Shown: positions 37,293-46,422 of the stretch, in pieces
Numbering within the stretch: the first letter of the stretch is position 1
Layout: every line of letters begins with the position of its first letter
Source of the DNA: Algoriphagus sp.
GTDB taxonomy: Bacteria; Bacteroidota; Bacteroidia; Cytophagales; Cyclobacteriaceae
NCBI GenBank assembly: GCA_046597285.1
Contig: JBKJKX010000047.1
Coordinates: 9,256-73,255, forward strand
Length of the DNA stretch: 64,000 bases
Direction: 5' to 3'
The notes under the pieces: model-generated
What the model saw: the letters and a program-made list of their open reading frames with translations, nothing else
The model's database searches: none
What the model was told of the DNA's origin: nothing
Position numbers and translations under genes: made by a program

Positions 37293-38117
37293 ATGAAAAA
37301 CTTACTCTTCATACTGCTTATTCTGGGAGGTCTTGGCTCAGCCAAGTCCCAGGAAATGTTGGTGTCTGGGGAAAGCTTACTCTTTGAATCAGAAGCAGAG
37401 AGATTTTATTGGACTGAAGGCAAAAACCAACCGTTATCACTTTTTCGTGCCGTGAGTGCAGAGGAAATTAATCCCGGAAACTCGTGGCACAATTTGGTAA
37501 GGGAGCTTGATCAAAAGAGGGCAAAAGAATCAAAGGAGCTCAATTTCCTTAGATTGATCTTTCAGAAAACACACCAATCCTTACTTAAAAAGTATGAGCA
37601 GCATTCTACCTTCAATGATATGCTCGAAACCGGAAAGTATGATTGTGTGAGCGCTTCGGCCGCATTAGGAATGCTTTTGGATCGATATGGCTATCAATTC
37701 GATATCGTAGAAACAGATTACCATGTATTCATTTTGGTAGTGGTGGATGGTAAAAATATCGTCCTCGAAAGCACCCTCCCTGTTGGGGGAATGATTACCG
37801 CCCCCTTTGAAGTCAATGCATATTTGGAAGCTTACAAGCAGGAAGAGTTTGCTCAACTGGGATCATTGAACCAACGAATTGGCTCCCCTAAGATAGATTT
37901 GTCCAATAATGCGATTTTTAGAATAGTTACTCTTTACCAACTTGCAGGATTGCTTTATTACAATGATGCAATCCTACTATTCAACCATCAAAAATACGAA
38001 GAAGCATCTAATCAGCTCACAAAGGCTTTGGAGCTCTATACATCTGATCGAATTGAAGGACTAAAAGATTTGACTAAAGAAATGGCCTACAAAACTGTCG
38101 GACACCAAATTCGATAA
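37293..38117 (+). CDS. Secreted hypothetical protein with a transglutaminase/papain-like core and a C-terminal TPR-like helix pair
   Basis: Signal peptide; GKYDCVS (Cys), TDYHVFI (His), IVLEST (acidic); YYNDA...KYEEA...KALELY. Confidence 0.6.
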   Translation: MKNLLFILLILGGLGSAKSQEMLVSGESLLFESEAERFYWTEGKNQPLSLFRAVSAEEINPGNSWHNLVRELDQKRAKESKELNFLRLIFQKTHQSLLKKYEQHSTFNDMLETGKYDCVSASAALGMLLDRYGYQFDIVETDYHVFILVVVDGKNIVLESTLPVGGMITAPFEVNAYLEAYKQEEFAQLGSLNQRIGSPKIDLSNNAIFRIVTLYQLAGLLYYNDAILLFNHQKYEEASNQLTKALELYTSDRIEGLKDLTKEMAYKTVGHQIR

Positions 38118-38146
38118 AAAAAAGCCTCTCATTTACGAGAGGCCTT
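38115..38146. terminator. Terminator-like hairpin between convergent genes
   Basis: Stem GCCTCTC/GAGAGGC with a left A-tract. Confidence 0.6.
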
Positions 38147-38237
38147 AGCTCACTTCGGTTCAATCACCCCAATCGTCCGAAACTTTGCTTTATAAAAAAT
38201 ATTTTCTCTTAACTGTTTTATACAGAGTGATTTATAC

Positions 38238-38768
38238 TCACTGTAGGTTCACTTTAAATTTTCCATTGGTTACTGTAATAGAAGATGAGGTATCGCTCAT
38301 TTTTCCCACAAATTCAAATGTTCCTTCAACAAGTTCCTTGTTATCCTCGGATACAACTATTCTGCCAGAACTACCCTGATTTATCGTAGAAAATTGATCC
38401 GCTACTGTTAGACCATTTATCCAAGAGGCAAAATCAACTTTATTGAAGCCTAATTCATAGGTAGCAGGTCCGCTATATTCTGAGATTCTAAGCACAAAGC
38501 CTTTACCGCTATTATCCGTTCCTTGTATAGTGAGTGTTGTTGCTGTCCCGCTCGTAATCTTAGTTCCATAAACAGTATCAAAGTCTTTGGAAGAGGTAAA
38601 AGTCCCTATACCTGAAACTGAAGCGGTTATTTCCTCATCGGCAGATGGATTTTCGTCAGTGGAGCAAGCCCCAAAGGCAATTAAAATTCCAATTAACGCT
38701 ATTTTCCTAATGGCAGACTTCAAGGTTTTCATACAAGGTTGATTTAATAAAACAAACAAATCCTCCAA
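38238..38768 (-). CDS. Lipoprotein, DUF6252-like
   Basis: Lipobox FGAC after MKTLKS, beta-rich, ending VEGTFEF...ITVTNGKF. Confidence 0.7.
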   Translation of the reverse strand: MEDLFVLLNQPCMKTLKSAIRKIALIGILIAFGACSTDENPSADEEITASVSGIGTFTSSKDFDTVYGTKITSGTATTLTIQGTDNSGKGFVLRISEYSGPATYELGFNKVDFASWINGLTVADQFSTINQGSSGRIVVSEDNKELVEGTFEFVGKMSDTSSSITVTNGKFKVNLQ

Positions 38769-38825
38769 AGTAGCTTAAACCACTGATGGGGAAATTAGCT
38801 ATCAATACTTACGGTATTTCAACAA

Positions 38826-39338
38826 TTAATGTTGATGACCGCCTAGACCATGTACATGTCCATGTTCAATTTCCACAGGCTCTGCGTCCCGAATAGAGAT
38901 GATTTTACCCACAAAGTGTAAATCAAACCCTGCCAAGGGAGAATTAAAATCCATATGAACCCCACGGTAATCTACTTTGGTAATTTCTCCGCGTATTTGA
39001 TTTCCTTTATCGTCCTGCATTGGAATGACTTGACCTACTCTGAGCAAATTCTTATTTTTCTTCCCGTCCTCCTTAAAATTGGACTTGGGAATGATCACCT
39101 TTTTTGATTCATCATAATCCCCATATCCATTTTCGAAGTCCAAAAAAACCGAGAACACTTCCCCTTCCCACTTACCTTCCATAGCCTCTTCCAACCTGGG
39201 AAGAACACCTCCTGCACCAAAAAGAAAAATAAAAGGGTGGGATTCAGTCACTTCTTCAAACTGGATCGGGCCTGTTTCACCATCATCTACTTTGAGCGAA
39301 TAAGAAACAGTAACAACTTTATTTTTTTCTACAATCAT
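38826..39338 (-). CDS. slyD: FKBP-type peptidyl-prolyl isomerase, SlyD-like
   Basis: VVTVSY, DFNSPLAGFDLHF, His-rich tail EIEHGHVHGLGGHQH. Confidence 0.88.
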   Translation of the reverse strand: MIVEKNKVVTVSYSLKVDDGETGPIQFEEVTESHPFIFLFGAGGVLPRLEEAMEGKWEGEVFSVFLDFENGYGDYDESKKVIIPKSNFKEDGKKNKNLLRVGQVIPMQDDKGNQIRGEITKVDYRGVHMDFNSPLAGFDLHFVGKIISIRDAEPVEIEHGHVHGLGGHQH

Positions 39339-39374
39339 GTTACTCCAATTTAAAATTTGACCCTTACTAAATTT

Positions 39375-41087
39375 TTATCTGAAAAAATACGTTACTCCAA
39401 ACTGAGCCACAAAGTTCTTTCGGTCATATCCAGGGACGAAGTATTGATCAGGTTGATTCTCCAAAAACCACTTGTAATTGAGTGTGCTTACGTATTGAAA
39501 TCTTCCACTCAGTAGAAAGTCTCCCTGTTTCCAATCCGCAATCAACGAAGGGACAAGATCCACATATTTATTTCGGAAGTCCTTTGAAGCCTCATACCTG
39601 TACAAGTAGAAGTCATTATTGTATTCGATTCGCTCCATTTGGAAACCAATCCTGTTCATCTTATTCACCCAGGAAAATTCCACAAAAATCATATTGCTTC
39701 CGGGACCATTCCCAACTCCCAACACCTGCCCGTTTTGCGTATAACCATGCCTCACATGATCATGAATGTACCAAGTCTTTAGATCTCTGATGTCTTCCCG
39801 AATCGTCTGACCAGTTTGAGTCATTTCTGAACTAATCTGAATATGATGTCCGGGTTTTTTCAAATCCATTAGGTAGGAAAATCCAAAAGTAAATGCCCGC
39901 CCTGATTCTGGAGTGATCAGAAAATCATTGAGGGCTGTACTATTTCCATTCGTCCCGTATTCTCCATAAAATTCAAAATGTCCTTCCGCGCTCAGCCATC
40001 TGAAGTAACCAGAACTGAATTGCTGTCTCTTATCGCGGATCGGATCGTACACATTTTTCGGGCCTTTTCTGCCGTTGAAAACTGGGAGAAGATCTGCGAA
40101 ATCAGTAACATCGGCTCTATACAAATGATTGATCGAGCCATATCCTAAAAATAAACCAGGAACCCATTTTGGCTGATACGTGAATATTAAGCCTGCCAAA
40201 TACCTCTTCCCGTCATTTTGTTTTGGAATGTAAACAGGGTTTTCCTGAATTGAATAGTCAGGCCACGGAGGAAGAAACTTGGAAGGCTTCAAAAATCCGG
40301 AAATTACTTGCCCTTCAAAGGATCCGATTTTCGTTGGGATTGGCTTTCGGGTATTTATCGTCAAATGAAGAAACCCGGGAGCATTATTTCCAAGGAGAAG
40401 TGAATTTCTTCGTCCAGGCCCCCACCAAAGATTTTCAGTTGATAAACCCACCGAAATCTCTTCGTGATTGAATCTTATGCTGGATTGTCCGGCCAATAAT
40501 CTGTTGTATGATTTATCACCAAATCGCTCAGGCATGTCGATTCGGTTCATGTATTCATAATAAAAAAGTATAGTTGCTTGATGCTCGATCGGGAACCCAA
40601 TATAATCCTGATTTTGAGCCATCAAAAGCTCTGGCTGAATTTGCAAACTAAACTTGCGGTACTCAGCATATACTCCTCCGCTCAAGATATTTTGAAACCC
40701 CCGGTTCGGGATAAAAGCACCGTCATTTACTCCAAAGGCATAAGTAGAATTATATTGGAGTTTATAGGTAGCCGGAAGGACGAGGAATTTGCCAATACTG
40801 TCCTTGCCAAACCTCCTGTGAAAAGAAGAATTGTCCAGATCTACTATCGAACTATCCAGATCAAATCCATCCTTCACACCAAATGCGAAAACCGGATAAA
40901 GTGGACGAATCATAAAGGAAGAGGCAGAATCTACCAAACCCAAAAGCTGGGCTCTTCTGAGATAATCGTCCAGAACAGGAGTGCCGACAGGGATTGTTTG
41001 GGCTTGGAGGAAATTCAAGGAGAAAGACAATCCAAACAGGATCCCCAAAAATCTATAGTTCAGAATCAATTTTTTCATCCTGATCAA
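39375..41087 (-). CDS. Capsule assembly Wzi family outer-membrane protein
   Basis: Signal peptide, STENLWWGPG...LLLGNNAPG motif, beta-barrel C-terminus VTYFFR. Confidence 0.85.
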   Translation of the reverse strand: MIRMKKLILNYRFLGILFGLSFSLNFLQAQTIPVGTPVLDDYLRRAQLLGLVDSASSFMIRPLYPVFAFGVKDGFDLDSSIVDLDNSSFHRRFGKDSIGKFLVLPATYKLQYNSTYAFGVNDGAFIPNRGFQNILSGGVYAEYRKFSLQIQPELLMAQNQDYIGFPIEHQATILFYYEYMNRIDMPERFGDKSYNRLLAGQSSIRFNHEEISVGLSTENLWWGPGRRNSLLLGNNAPGFLHLTINTRKPIPTKIGSFEGQVISGFLKPSKFLPPWPDYSIQENPVYIPKQNDGKRYLAGLIFTYQPKWVPGLFLGYGSINHLYRADVTDFADLLPVFNGRKGPKNVYDPIRDKRQQFSSGYFRWLSAEGHFEFYGEYGTNGNSTALNDFLITPESGRAFTFGFSYLMDLKKPGHHIQISSEMTQTGQTIREDIRDLKTWYIHDHVRHGYTQNGQVLGVGNGPGSNMIFVEFSWVNKMNRIGFQMERIEYNNDFYLYRYEASKDFRNKYVDLVPSLIADWKQGDFLLSGRFQYVSTLNYKWFLENQPDQYFVPGYDRKNFVAQFGVTYFFR

Positions 41088-41749
41088 TTTACAATTAGAG
41101 CTTCCACTGTGACCTTGGCCAAAGACCAGGACTCATCACAAACCGGGTTCGGTGAATTAAGTTGTTTCAGTTCCGAATCCATGAATATTCTAGCTGTGGG
41201 ATTACTGTGCTCTAGGATTTGAGAAATGCTATACCGGGTCGTGTAATTTGCAAAAGCCCCAAAAATACAAAGCCCCGGCAAGTTCGTTTGGATAGCCCCT
41301 GACTTTGGAACGTTTTGTTTAAAGTAGTTGTCCGGATAAGATTGATAGAGACAATACGTTGATTCACAAGGCGAGTTTGAAAAAGTAGTACGAAAGGTTT
41401 CTTCATTATCTACTCCAAAAAACCAATAATCAGGGCCCGAAAGACTATCAGAGGGATTGCCATCCCAGCTGTCATGCACGAGGATTTCTATCGTCACTTT
41501 GATTAAATTATGTGTGGGCAAATTATTCAGATTGACTGCTACTTCCTCATTATGGTAATATCCTGCTACTGTGTCATTTTGGAAAACAAACAACTTTCCG
41601 TTCTCAAATCCTGCCAAATCAAGGTTGGAAAAGTTATTGGAATACACCAACTGCTCTGACTCCAGCGTCTCAGCACAGGAAGAAAATAAGACTACTCCAA
41701 GGAGAAAAAGAAGAGCTATTCCTCCCCTCAATCTGTTTCCGAAACCCAT
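41084..41749 (-). CDS. Hypothetical lipoprotein
   Basis: Lipobox FSSC, HDSWDGN motif, Cys pairs; 4-bp overlap with the Wzi gene. Confidence 0.75.
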   Translation of the reverse strand: MGFGNRLRGGIALLFLLGVVLFSSCAETLESEQLVYSNNFSNLDLAGFENGKLFVFQNDTVAGYYHNEEVAVNLNNLPTHNLIKVTIEILVHDSWDGNPSDSLSGPDYWFFGVDNEETFRTTFSNSPCESTYCLYQSYPDNYFKQNVPKSGAIQTNLPGLCIFGAFANYTTRYSISQILEHSNPTARIFMDSELKQLNSPNPVCDESWSLAKVTVEALIVN

Positions 41750-41891
41750 TTACTAGTAGTTGTAATGAAAAAAACTATTTCTGCAAAGAAACAAAAAAGG
41801 AGCCAAATGAGACTTACCATACAAAACCAAATTTCCTTACGCACCATAAAAGTGGAATCAGTATTTTTGATCAAATTTTTAAACAATACTG

Positions 41892-42992
41892 ATGGCTAAC
41901 TTTACTATTGTCGCGGGCGCAAGACCCAACTTCATGAAAATCGCACCTATCATCCACCAGCTTCAAAAAAAACAGGCAGCGGGTATTCCGGTTCAATTTC
42001 GACTCGTTCATACCGGTCAGCATTACGATAAAAAGATGTCTGGTGATTTTTTTGAGCAACTTTCAATTCCCGAACCTGATGCGAATTTGGGTGGTGGTGG
42101 TGGCACCCAAGCGGAGCAAACTTCTGCAATCATGATTGCATTTGAAAAAGAACTTATAGAAAACAGGCCAGATCTGGTCCTAGTCGTGGGTGATGTAACG
42201 AGCACTTTGGCTTGTTCGATTGCAGCAAAAAAGCTCCAAATCGATGTTGCGCATGTAGAAGGAGGTATCCGATCCGGAGACCTGAGCATGCCAGAAGAAA
42301 TCAACCGAATGGTAACTGACAGCATCACAGATCACTTTTTCACCACTTCTGAAATTGCAAACGGAAATCTTCGAAAAAGCGGTGTTGCAGAGGAAAAGAT
42401 TCATTTTGTAGGCAATACAATGATCGATACATTAATTGCTCAGATGCCAAGATTTGTTCGCCCTCATGGAGAGATTTATGATAATCTTGTTCCTGGCCAA
42501 TATTTCGTAATGACCATGCATCGCCCTGCCAATGTAGATCAGGAACATAAGCTAAAAGCGATGATCGATGCAATTTTGGAAGGAACTCAAGGATTGCCTA
42601 TCGTTTTCCCGGTTCACCCTCGCACAGCCAAGAATCTTCAGTCTTTGGGAATCGAAGCTCCAAATCTACTGATGAGCGATCCTTTGGGCTATTTGGAATT
42701 TAACTACCTGGTCAAAAATGCAAAGGGGGTGATAACCGACTCAGGAGGAATCACTGAGGAAGCATCCGTAATGAATGTACCCTGCATCACTCTCCGCGAC
42801 AATACCGAGCGGGCAGAAACCATCCACCTAGGAACAAACGAACTTGTCGGAACCGACCCCAAAAAACTGAAACCATTCCTTGAGAAAATCATGCAAGGAG
42901 AATGGAAACAATACCAAGGAATCCCGCTTTGGGATGGCAAAACTGCCGAGCGAATCGTGGATATTCTGGTCAAAACCTACCCAGCTAACTAA
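41892..42992 (+). CDS. wecB: UDP-N-acetylglucosamine 2-epimerase (non-hydrolysing)
   Basis: GARPNFMK, HTGQHYD, HVEGG.RS, MPEEINR, TDSGG..EE, RDNTER. Confidence 0.95.
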   Translation: MANFTIVAGARPNFMKIAPIIHQLQKKQAAGIPVQFRLVHTGQHYDKKMSGDFFEQLSIPEPDANLGGGGGTQAEQTSAIMIAFEKELIENRPDLVLVVGDVTSTLACSIAAKKLQIDVAHVEGGIRSGDLSMPEEINRMVTDSITDHFFTTSEIANGNLRKSGVAEEKIHFVGNTMIDTLIAQMPRFVRPHGEIYDNLVPGQYFVMTMHRPANVDQEHKLKAMIDAILEGTQGLPIVFPVHPRTAKNLQSLGIEAPNLLMSDPLGYLEFNYLVKNAKGVITDSGGITEEASVMNVPCITLRDNTERAETIHLGTNELVGTDPKKLKPFLEKIMQGEWKQYQGIPLWDGKTAERIVDILVKTYPAN

Positions 42993-43480
42993 TGGAATCT
43001 AAGCGTAGAATTGATTTTCTTGTGAAAACCCTGAACCTTCTTCCTCATCCGGAAGGAGGTTTTTACAAAGAAACCTTTCGCTCTATTGAAGGAATCGAAA
43101 CAGAACAAGGTGAAAGAAATCTCTGCACCTCCATCTTTTTTCTTCTGACATCAGAAAATATTTCCAGATTCCATCGCATCAAAAGCGATGAGCTATGGTT
43201 TTTCCATGAGGGAAGTCCGCTGACTGTTCATACGCTGGGAGACACCGGATATGAAAGCCTTTATCTTGGTATTCCCTTTTCAGGTTCCGATTGCCTTCCT
43301 CAACAATTAGTCAAGGCAAATACCGTTTTTGGAACCACAGTGGACCGTTCAGAAAGTTATAGTCTGGTTTCCTGTGTTGTGGCTCCCGGGTTTGATTTCA
43401 GGGATTTTGAATTGTTTGATTCGAAAGATCTTTTGCCACTTTTCCCCCAGGCAGAAGCGATCATTCGAAGGTTGACCTGA
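42992..43480 (+). CDS. Cupin, DUF985 family
   Basis: PHPEGGFYKET, TSIFFLL, FHRIKSDELW, VSCVVAPGFDF. Confidence 0.92.
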   Translation: MESKRRIDFLVKTLNLLPHPEGGFYKETFRSIEGIETEQGERNLCTSIFFLLTSENISRFHRIKSDELWFFHEGSPLTVHTLGDTGYESLYLGIPFSGSDCLPQQLVKANTVFGTTVDRSESYSLVSCVVAPGFDFRDFELFDSKDLLPLFPQAEAIIRRLT

Positions 43481-43500
43481 TCTGATTTTTCAACTCAAAC

Positions 43501-43938
43501 TCAACTTCCGTATTTCAAAATAATGGCAAGTTGGCCTGCATGATAAGCGGTGTGGGTGGTGATTCGACCCAATGCTTCTGCCATCGTCTTTTTCCCAAAC
43601 TCTTTGGTTTCGATGATTTCGTTCCAGCTATTTTGTTGAGAAATTGATTTCTCCAGCATCTCACCGGCATATTTCAGAATCGATAGTAACTCTTGAAGAT
43701 TTGTCCATTCTCCGGTATCTTTTCCTGCAATGAGTGTTTTGGCTACAATTTTTACCTCAGATAAACCAAAAACATTTTTGGCAAAAAGCAATTCAACCTC
43801 TGCAATATACCTGATCAGGAAACCCGCCGAATTGGGACAATTTCCAAGATACTTCTTAAGGTTCGGCTCCTGAATATTAACAAGAAGGTTAGAAAATCGA
43901 GTCCTGCCTTCTTTCCACAAATCGAGTAATTCCTGCAT
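43501..43938 (-). CDS. DinB family protein
   Basis: NSAGFLIRYIAEVE and THTAYHAGQ in a four-helix DinB pattern. Confidence 0.82.
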   Translation of the reverse strand: MQELLDLWKEGRTRFSNLLVNIQEPNLKKYLGNCPNSAGFLIRYIAEVELLFAKNVFGLSEVKIVAKTLIAGKDTGEWTNLQELLSILKYAGEMLEKSISQQNSWNEIIETKEFGKKTMAEALGRITTHTAYHAGQLAIILKYGS

Positions 43939-43987
43939 GTTCTAGTGATTTAAGGAGATTTTTCCTTCCTGATTTTTATGTAAAAGA

Positions 43988-44896
43988 TTACTCGTGATCA
44001 TGATTTTTTTCAAGGCAGCACACCTCTGAATCAATTTCAGTCTCTATCGTATAATGCTCAAAAGGGTATTTTTTCATGATTTCTTTCACTTGATTCTTGA
44101 CAGACAACATATCGTTAAGATCCTTAATCGGCCCCAGCTTTAAGTGAGTTGTGAACACATGATGCTCACCATCCAGAGACCAAATATGGGTATGGTGAAT
44201 GGATTCGACATGCTCAATGTTCAAAATTTCTTTTTCAATTACCTCTCTATTCACATCGGTTGGTTCACCTTGTAAAAAAATAATGAGCGTTTCTTTCAAT
44301 CGCTTGACCACATTCCAAAGGATGTAAAGCGTAATCAGAAATGACAATGCAGGATCCAGGTAGGGAATATCTTTAAAATGTAGCACGATGGCAACAATCA
44401 AAATAGCAAACCAGCCGAGGACATCCTCCACGAGATGCCAGGAGATCACTCGCTCATTGAGCGTCTTTCCCTTGCTCATTTTCCATGCTGCATAGCCATT
44501 GACTAAAACACCTACAACCGCAAAAATCAACATCCCTGTGGCGTTTGATGATTCTGGATTTAGTATTCTTCCAATCGCTTCTTTGATCACGTACACTGAT
44601 CCCGCTATCAGGACAATACTATTGATCAAAGCGCCCAATAGGGAAAATCGTCGAAAGCCAAAGGAGAAAGCTTTTGTCGGGGATTGCTTCGATTTGATGT
44701 CCAAGTACCAGGAAGTGCCCAAAGACAAACTATCTCCCAAGTCATGAATCGCATCAGATATGATCGCCACACTATTGACATAATATCCGCCAATCAGCTC
44801 AAAAACAGTAAACCCAAGATTTAGAAAAAATGCAGTCTTTAGGTTCTTACTGGAATGATCGTGATTATGATTATGCGACATTTTTGCTGAGATCAA
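43988..44896 (-). CDS. Cation diffusion facilitator (CDF) family transporter
   Basis: His-rich N-terminus SHNHNHDH, SDAIHDLGD, HLVEDVLG, HHTHIWSLDG. Confidence 0.94.
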   Translation of the reverse strand: MISAKMSHNHNHDHSSKNLKTAFFLNLGFTVFELIGGYYVNSVAIISDAIHDLGDSLSLGTSWYLDIKSKQSPTKAFSFGFRRFSLLGALINSIVLIAGSVYVIKEAIGRILNPESSNATGMLIFAVVGVLVNGYAAWKMSKGKTLNERVISWHLVEDVLGWFAILIVAIVLHFKDIPYLDPALSFLITLYILWNVVKRLKETLIIFLQGEPTDVNREVIEKEILNIEHVESIHHTHIWSLDGEHHVFTTHLKLGPIKDLNDMLSVKNQVKEIMKKYPFEHYTIETEIDSEVCCLEKNHDHE

Positions 44897-44920
44897 TTAG
44901 TTGCTCCTTCTAACTCTTTG

Positions 44921-45481
44921 TCAATCCTTCCAGCCCCAAGGTGCGTCTGGAGTTTCGATCGGCTTAGTCAAATCAAACCTGACCGAGAAATGGGTATCCG
45001 CTCCAAGTCTTCTGAGATTATAGGTGAAGGATATTTCGTCCACCGTAATCCACCAAACATTCCCAAAAGCGGCAGGAAGCAAGTCGGCAGTAAATTGATC
45101 GGCTGGGAAAAACTGAGTTGAAGCCGAGCCCGTATTGGTAGACATACCACCATATTGGGTCACTTTATCTTCCAAACCATTCTCATGACGATGATCGTGC
45201 TTGAGTTGGATCAGGTCATTTTCCATGGTGAGAACCCAGGTTCTGGAACGGTCATCCCCTACAAAAAACGGAATTCTCATCCTCCCTTCTTCACAACTTC
45301 TGACATGCATCACATGCTTCCCTGCAAATCGTGGATCACTTTCGGGTGTTACCAATTTGCCTTCGTAAGAGTTGCCGCAATGTGCCGAGAGTGTCTCCCA
45401 GAACTTTGCGGAGGCGGACTTTTCTTGTGCGGAAGCAGTGAAACCGAAACCAAGAATGGCTAAAATCAAAAGGTATTTCAT
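44921..45481 (-). CDS. Secreted conserved hypothetical protein with an HDHRH motif
   Basis: Signal peptide, CGNSYEG, MHVRSC, LKHDHRHENG..D.VTQYGG. Confidence 0.8.
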   Translation of the reverse strand: MKYLLILAILGFGFTASAQEKSASAKFWETLSAHCGNSYEGKLVTPESDPRFAGKHVMHVRSCEEGRMRIPFFVGDDRSRTWVLTMENDLIQLKHDHRHENGLEDKVTQYGGMSTNTGSASTQFFPADQFTADLLPAAFGNVWWITVDEISFTYNLRRLGADTHFSVRFDLTKPIETPDAPWGWKD

Positions 45482-45531
45482 ACGTGAATCAGATTGTCCA
45501 ATTGATTAAGATAAAGAAGGAATTCAAATTT

Positions 45532-46242
45532 CTAATTGCGACCAACTCTTTCCTTCGGAAAATAAATAACCAACTGATCAAGCTTGCTTTGGAATTTATC
45601 CAAATGCCCAGTGAAATCTTTCTTCGTATTCAAAAAGTGAACATGCACAAAGCTATCATGATGGGTATAAATCCGTTGGCCAATTTTAGAATATACTCCA
45701 ATCAATTCGCCTGATTCAGAATTGTGCTCATAATTTTTCTGATTTTGCGCGGCCACGTAGCCTTCTATTTCCTGGGCTCTTGGGGTGACGATATGGGTGA
45801 CCATCTGATCAAAATATCCTTCAATTCGAAAGAAAAAAGGTTCCTCCAAATTGATACCGCTTTTGACGGCTGCTTCCTTGATCTTATCTTCCAATTCAGC
45901 AAAAGATTCGGCATTTCCGGTCAGTCTGAATTTTTTCCATTCCGCCACATCAGCATAAACCAAAAAAGGTTCCTCCATTTTCCAATCATTCACAACCACT
46001 GTTTCTCCGGAAACCAGACTTCTAGCTCCATACATCTTTCCATCCAAAACCGATATTTCCCCTTCCATTTTCCCAAGCGGACCCATGGCTATCAAGTGTT
46101 TGAATTTCTGAAGGCTATCCAAAGAAATGGTCGGTGAGAATCCATTTTTAGCTATTTCACTCATCGCCCCCGTATGCATCACCTGTCCAAAACCATACGA
46201 AAAAGTCATACTAAATGACAGAAAAAGAAGTTGTTTTTTCAT
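45532..46242 (-). CDS. Alpha-acetolactate decarboxylase-fold protein with a signal peptide
   Basis: GPLGKMEGEISVLDG, PFFFRIEG, GELIGVYS, HVHF...GHLD. Confidence 0.78.
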   Translation of the reverse strand: MKKQLLFLSFSMTFSYGFGQVMHTGAMSEIAKNGFSPTISLDSLQKFKHLIAMGPLGKMEGEISVLDGKMYGARSLVSGETVVVNDWKMEEPFLVYADVAEWKKFRLTGNAESFAELEDKIKEAAVKSGINLEEPFFFRIEGYFDQMVTHIVTPRAQEIEGYVAAQNQKNYEHNSESGELIGVYSKIGQRIYTHHDSFVHVHFLNTKKDFTGHLDKFQSKLDQLVIYFPKERVGRN

Positions 46243-46375
46243 GCTGAAAATTTAAAGAAATGCATTGAAGAGGTATTATGAAACGGTTATAAGGTCGAAA
46301 TTATCTTCAAAATAGATAAGAACAAGCCAGATTTTCATTCGCTTTTTTATGCCTTCAGAGAAGGATCATTAAAAC

Positions 46376-46404
46376 AAAAAAGGCTCCCAAACGGGAGCCT
46401 CTTT
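46376..46404 (-). terminator. Terminator after the second TonB-dependent receptor
   Basis: Stem AGGCTCCC/GGGAGCCT with a left A-tract. Confidence 0.8.
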
Positions 46405-46422
46405 ACTATTTATATAAATACC

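Noticed and set aside
38150-38237. Short minus-strand frame ending ...YKAKFRTIGVIEPK*
   Set aside because: No start codon, under 30 codons, and no family I can name
40578-41222. 214-aa plus-strand ORF
   Set aside because: Antisense to the Wzi and lipoprotein genes, with no motifs
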